Source: an uncultured cyanobacterium (lineage in GTDB: Bacteria > Cyanobacteriota > Cyanobacteriia > Cyanobacteriales > Microcystaceae). From it: 10,556 nt of DNA. The stretch spans positions 1 through 10,556 of the forward strand of contig CAWEDJ010000037.1 of NCBI GenBank assembly GCA_963807635.1, read 5' to 3'. Shown here piece by piece: positions 7,216 through 10,556 of the stretch. How positions within the stretch are numbered: the stretch's first letter is position 1; every line of letters starts with the position of its first letter. The position numbers and the translations under genes are program-made. The notes beneath the pieces were generated by a model. That model was not told the DNA's origin and did no database searches. It was given only the letters and a program-made list of their open reading frames with translations.

Positions 7216-7995
7216 CTAAGCCAATTGGGGCATGGCAAAAACCAAAATACGGTTCAATAACCAAGGGGCAAAACGTTGACACCAGATGGCGACATGACTC
7301 TGCCAACCGACGAGGATTTCTGTGCGATCGCGTTGGAGACCGTGAATAAAGGTTTTAGCAACCCGTTGGGGAGTCATGGCTCTGACCCAGCGAAACTTTT
7401 GGAATTCCCGAATCATGTCAGTATCGGTCAACGTGGGGAGTAAGGTGACAACCCGAATATTATGGGGAGCCAATTCTCCCCGTAGGGCATCACTAAACCC
7501 TAAAATGGCGAATTTTGTAGCCGAATAGGTGGACATGGTGGGAGCCGCGACTTTCCCCATCAAGCTAGACACATTGACAATCGTGCCTTCTCCTTGGGAA
7601 ACCATCCGCCGAGCCACACAGCGCGTCATGGTATAAAGTCCGATCAGGTTTAGGGAAATTTCCTGATAGACATCGGGGAGTCGCGCTTGCAAGAAAGGCC
7701 GTTGATGGGCAACTCCTGCACAATTAACTAATAGATGAATCGGGCCGTAATCTCGCCAGGTTTTGGCGATCGCGGTATTGACTTCAATCGCTTGGGTGAG
7801 ATCCAGAGGGAGAATGACAACCTCAATGTCTGCATTGCGATAGGTGATTTCCTGGGACAACTCCTCTAAATGCGATCGAGTCCGCGCCACGATGATTAAA
7901 CGTTCCAAACCTGCTTGGGCCAACTCTAGGGCGATCGCTCGACCAATTCCCCGTGAAGCTCCCGTTACTAATGCTGTTTTTCCTTGTAAATTCAT
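7216..7995 (-). CDS. Short-chain dehydrogenase/reductase (SDR)
   Basis: TGASRGIG cofactor motif, NCAG, NVSS and YSATK catalytic motif. AAGGAGG RBS. Confidence 0.95.
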   Translation of the reverse strand: MNLQGKTALVTGASRGIGRAIALELAQAGLERLIIVARTRSHLEELSQEITYRNADIEVVILPLDLTQAIEVNTAIAKTWRDYGPIHLLVNCAGVAHQRPFLQARLPDVYQEISLNLIGLYTMTRCVARRMVSQGEGTIVNVSSLMGKVAAPTMSTYSATKFAILGFSDALRGELAPHNIRVVTLLPTLTDTDMIREFQKFRWVRAMTPQRVAKTFIHGLQRDRTEILVGWQSHVAIWCQRFAPWLLNRILVFAMPQLA

Positions 7996-8108
7996 AGTTC
8001 AAACCTCCTTGGCTTGAGGTCAAAGTGACCCGCCATCACCCAACAGATCGGTTGAAATAAATCCACTAAAGTAGATAGACCTTCGGATAAAGCAGAAAAG
8101 TCTAACAT
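7992..8108 (-). CDS. Candidate 38-aa small ORF coupled to the SDR start
   Basis: MLDFSALSEGLSTLVDLFQPICWVMAGHFDLKPRRFEL*. Its TGA overlaps the SDR ATG (ATGA). No clear RBS. Confidence 0.25.
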   Translation of the reverse strand: MLDFSALSEGLSTLVDLFQPICWVMAGHFDLKPRRFEL

Positions 8109-8492
8109 CTTTGTCAATGAAAGATTTCTGTCGTAAAACCGTGTTGGAAATGGTAATAAAAGTTGTTCACACCCTTTGAGTTAAATTATTTCAATCCGTA
8201 ACTCGCCCTGGGTAGAGGATATGCTTGTAAAAATACCGTCATCAACCAATGACTGTAGAGGGATAGGGGGTTGATTGATTTTGGAACATGGTATTACGCC
8301 TCCTAAAATGATTCAGCGTGGATTCAGTAGATGTTCAACATACACAAGTTAACACACAAATCAATAATTGGCAAAATTTCTTAACATTCTAGTCCAGTTG
8401 TCTGGCTGGCACAGGTCGAATAAATCACTCAAAGCCCCATTCTAAAAGCGTTACGACATTTTGACTGTCTAACCCAAGACGTAAAATTTCCT

Positions 8493-9293
8493 CTAAGCAG
8501 GTAGGGATAACTCGACAATGACAGGCGCGTGATCGCTCGGTTTTTCCCAGGCTCTGGGTTCTGTATCAATGATGCAACTGACCGCTTTTTCGTAGAGTTT
8601 AGGCGTTAAATAATGATGATCAATGCGCCAACCTCGATTTTGCTTAAAAGCTCCCGTGCGATAATCCCACCAGCTAAAGTGTTTTCCTTCCTGGGTAAAT
8701 TTCCGAAACCCATCCTGTAAACCCATTGCCAAAATTTCCTGTAAAGCAGATCTTTCCGCAGGAGAAGCCATAATATCGGTGTCTTTTACCTTGCTCGTAT
8801 AAATATCGATCGCTTCTAGGGCAATATTAAAATCTCCACAGACGCAAAATTCGGGAGTGTCGCTCGCTCTGAGGGTTTCTAAATAGATTTTTAAAAGTTT
8901 GAGCCATTTTAATTTGTAGTCATATTTTTCACTACCGACAGAGGAACCGTTAGGAACATAGAGATTCACAATGCGAATATTATTAATAACACCTGTAATT
9001 ACCCGTTTTTGTTCATCTAAGTTATCAGTCAACTCCTTTCCCACAATTGCTTCAAAACCCGTACTTACCTCTTTAAGCGGTTCTCGACTCAATAAGGCGA
9101 CTCCGTTATAGGATTTTTGCCCTGAAATATAGAGATGATAACCCGCATCTTCAAAGGATTTTCTAGGGAAATCGGCATCAATCACTTTGGTTTCTTGTAA
9201 ACAAAGAACATCAACGGGATTTTTAATTAGCCAATCTAATAAATGTTGTTGACGCGATCGCACTGAGTTGACATTCCAACTAGCAATTTTCAT
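8493..9293 (-). CDS. xth: Exodeoxyribonuclease III
   Basis: Motifs SWNVNS, LCLQETK, GQKSYNGVA, YVPNG, GDFNIA, FSWWDYR, GWRIDH and SDHAPV. Confidence 0.97.
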   Translation of the reverse strand: MKIASWNVNSVRSRQQHLLDWLIKNPVDVLCLQETKVIDADFPRKSFEDAGYHLYISGQKSYNGVALLSREPLKEVSTGFEAIVGKELTDNLDEQKRVITGVINNIRIVNLYVPNGSSVGSEKYDYKLKWLKLLKIYLETLRASDTPEFCVCGDFNIALEAIDIYTSKVKDTDIMASPAERSALQEILAMGLQDGFRKFTQEGKHFSWWDYRTGAFKQNRGWRIDHHYLTPKLYEKAVSCIIDTEPRAWEKPSDHAPVIVELSLPA

Positions 9294-9349
9294 AGAAATA
9301 ATCAGTAATAAAAATAAATTGAGGCGTTTTATAATTAGTCTAAATATAT

Positions 9350-10246
9350 TTATTGATGACTAATAACTGCGCTAGTTCCATCCCATGAAAGAACTACTTT
9401 AGCAGATTTTTGTTGCATTTTAGGTGACATAAGTTCCCAATAAATAATGTAGTTTCCTTTACTAAGACTTTGGATTACTAAGGGCTGATCAAATAACTTA
9501 AAAGATACCCCTTGAAAAATTGGTATGTGCGATGGAGATCCCCAATTCATATGTAAGTACATAAATGACGATTGTTGCCCATTAACATTGAGCATTTGCT
9601 CTTGAATTTGCGTATTAGATGGTACGTTAGATAACGAAAGATTTGAATCAATAAATATATTTATTACTACATATTCTGCGGGAGTTGGCGAGTCATTTAT
9701 AATATTAGGTATAAGCTGTATAAAGTCATTATCAACTGTTATATTGAATTTTAATTTTAAGTTTGGAGAGTCATTACGTCGCGATACATCTCTAATCTCG
9801 TATCCTTCCATCGCAATGGACTGAAAATTATACCGTTTATAAAACTTCTTATCAATCGCTTGATGTGGCGCACGAAGACTTTGAGGGATATATACAACAT
9901 ATGCAACTTTATCTATAGATATTTCTATCGGATTAATTATAATCCCATCAATTCTTTGTTGAATAGAAGAATTTATTACTTGTTCTAACCACTCTTTAGA
10001 TGTAACTGAAGGATCAAAACCCTCATCAATTGCATCAGGAAGATGACCATTTTCAATTATGCCATAAACAATAATGCCCCCAGCCGAATTGGCAAAGGCT
10101 GAAACATCTTTACTAATTTCTTTCTTTTTTGGTTCTGTATTTGCAAGTGAATCACATCGTTTATAGTCAAGTCCAATATTCTCCTGAACACGATTGTGAA
10201 TTAAGCTATCTAGATCACTTTTATCCCATTCCCAAGGTTGTTTCAT
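9350..10246 (-). CDS. AlbA_2 (Schlafen N-terminal-like) domain protein with an unknown C-terminal domain
   Basis: Motifs ENIGLDYK, KDVSAFANSAGGIIVYGI and PHQ...FYKR. AT-rich with no HIP1 site. Confidence 0.85.
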   Translation of the reverse strand: MKQPWEWDKSDLDSLIHNRVQENIGLDYKRCDSLANTEPKKKEISKDVSAFANSAGGIIVYGIIENGHLPDAIDEGFDPSVTSKEWLEQVINSSIQQRIDGIIINPIEISIDKVAYVVYIPQSLRAPHQAIDKKFYKRYNFQSIAMEGYEIRDVSRRNDSPNLKLKFNITVDNDFIQLIPNIINDSPTPAEYVVINIFIDSNLSLSNVPSNTQIQEQMLNVNGQQSSFMYLHMNWGSPSHIPIFQGVSFKLFDQPLVIQSLSKGNYIIYWELMSPKMQQKSAKVVLSWDGTSAVISHQ

Positions 10247-10247
10247 G

Positions 10248-10301
10248 ATTTTATAACTTTCTAAATAATTATTTCTAATAAATCGAAATCAAACAAGCCA
10301 T
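10248..10301 (-). pseudogene. Possible heavily decayed 5' remnant of a hicA toxin gene
   Basis: ATG at 10301 reads MACLISIY*K*LFRKL*N. Each divergent codon is one substitution from a HicA-type start such as MARLTPISWKELVRKLKN. It sits in the expected slot after hicB. Confidence 0.45.
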
Positions 10302-10342
10302 ATTTAAACAATCTGAGTAATTTATGAGTTTAAATTAATTCC

Positions 10343-10552
10343 TTAAATAATGGGAATTTCTAGCTCTAGACGTAATCTTAAAGCTAGCCAATCGCTTAAT
10401 GCTTCCCGTAGATCTTGGCGGCATTGCTCTAATGTTTGTTGACAAGCCCAAACTCCCTTTAGAGCAGGAATTTCTCCCCAAAAAGTTTGATCTTCTTCAA
10501 TAATTTCATAGACTGCCAATTCCATTGCTTTGTCAAGATAGCTGGCTAACAT
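10343..10552 (-). CDS. hicB: HicB-family antitoxin (probably ending at a premature stop)
   Basis: YLDKAMELAVYE...FWGEIPALKGVWA...TLEQCRQDLREALSDW is a HicB-like motif. The frame continues GINLN after the TAA. Confidence 0.82.
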   Translation of the reverse strand: MLASYLDKAMELAVYEIIEEDQTFWGEIPALKGVWACQQTLEQCRQDLREALSDWLALRLRLELEIPII

Positions 10553-10556
10553 AACA

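Larger units (their letters stand above)
101..9261. repeat. HIP1 octamers GCGATCGC, 13 copies
   Basis: Found at 101, 280, 766, 1351, 1833, 2233, 2696, 5397, 5598, 7324, 7766, 7931 and 9254. Confidence 0.9.

Noticed and set aside
5490..7359. Diversity-generating retroelement TR/VR pair (144-bp repeat at a gene 3' end)
   Set aside because: Mismatches are not confined to adenines in either copy and are mostly synonymous. There is no reverse transcriptase in the window, and an SDR is not a typical DGR target.
1..10556. CRISPR array, tRNA or rRNA genes
   Set aside because: No regularly spaced repeats or recognisable structural RNA sequences seen by eye.

Overview
Cyanobacterial chromosomal window, judged from 13 HIP1 (GCGATCGC) octamers and the gene families present. 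It is mostly minus-strand genes. Left to right: 5' end of accA; a frameshifted hpxO-like FAD monooxygenase; DUF2808; a small PCP_red protein missed by the ORF track; an Hpt/CheA-P1-like gene with apparent C-terminal frameshifts; and a DUF3493 gene split by an intact 1526-bp DDE insertion sequence (17-bp IRs, 9-bp TSD). Next comes an ~1.6-kb integrase-free insert (DUF29 3' remnant, terminator, PEP-CTERM gene, small ORF) bracketed by two ~90%-identical copies of the last 47 codons of an SDR gene. Then the SDR itself, xth, an AT-rich AlbA_2/Schlafen-domain gene sitting where hicA would be expected, and hicB. The two most interesting signals are the SDR 3'-end replacement insert and the Schlafen/AlbA gene that appears to have displaced a decayed hicA. 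All family calls come from motif recognition, not database searches.
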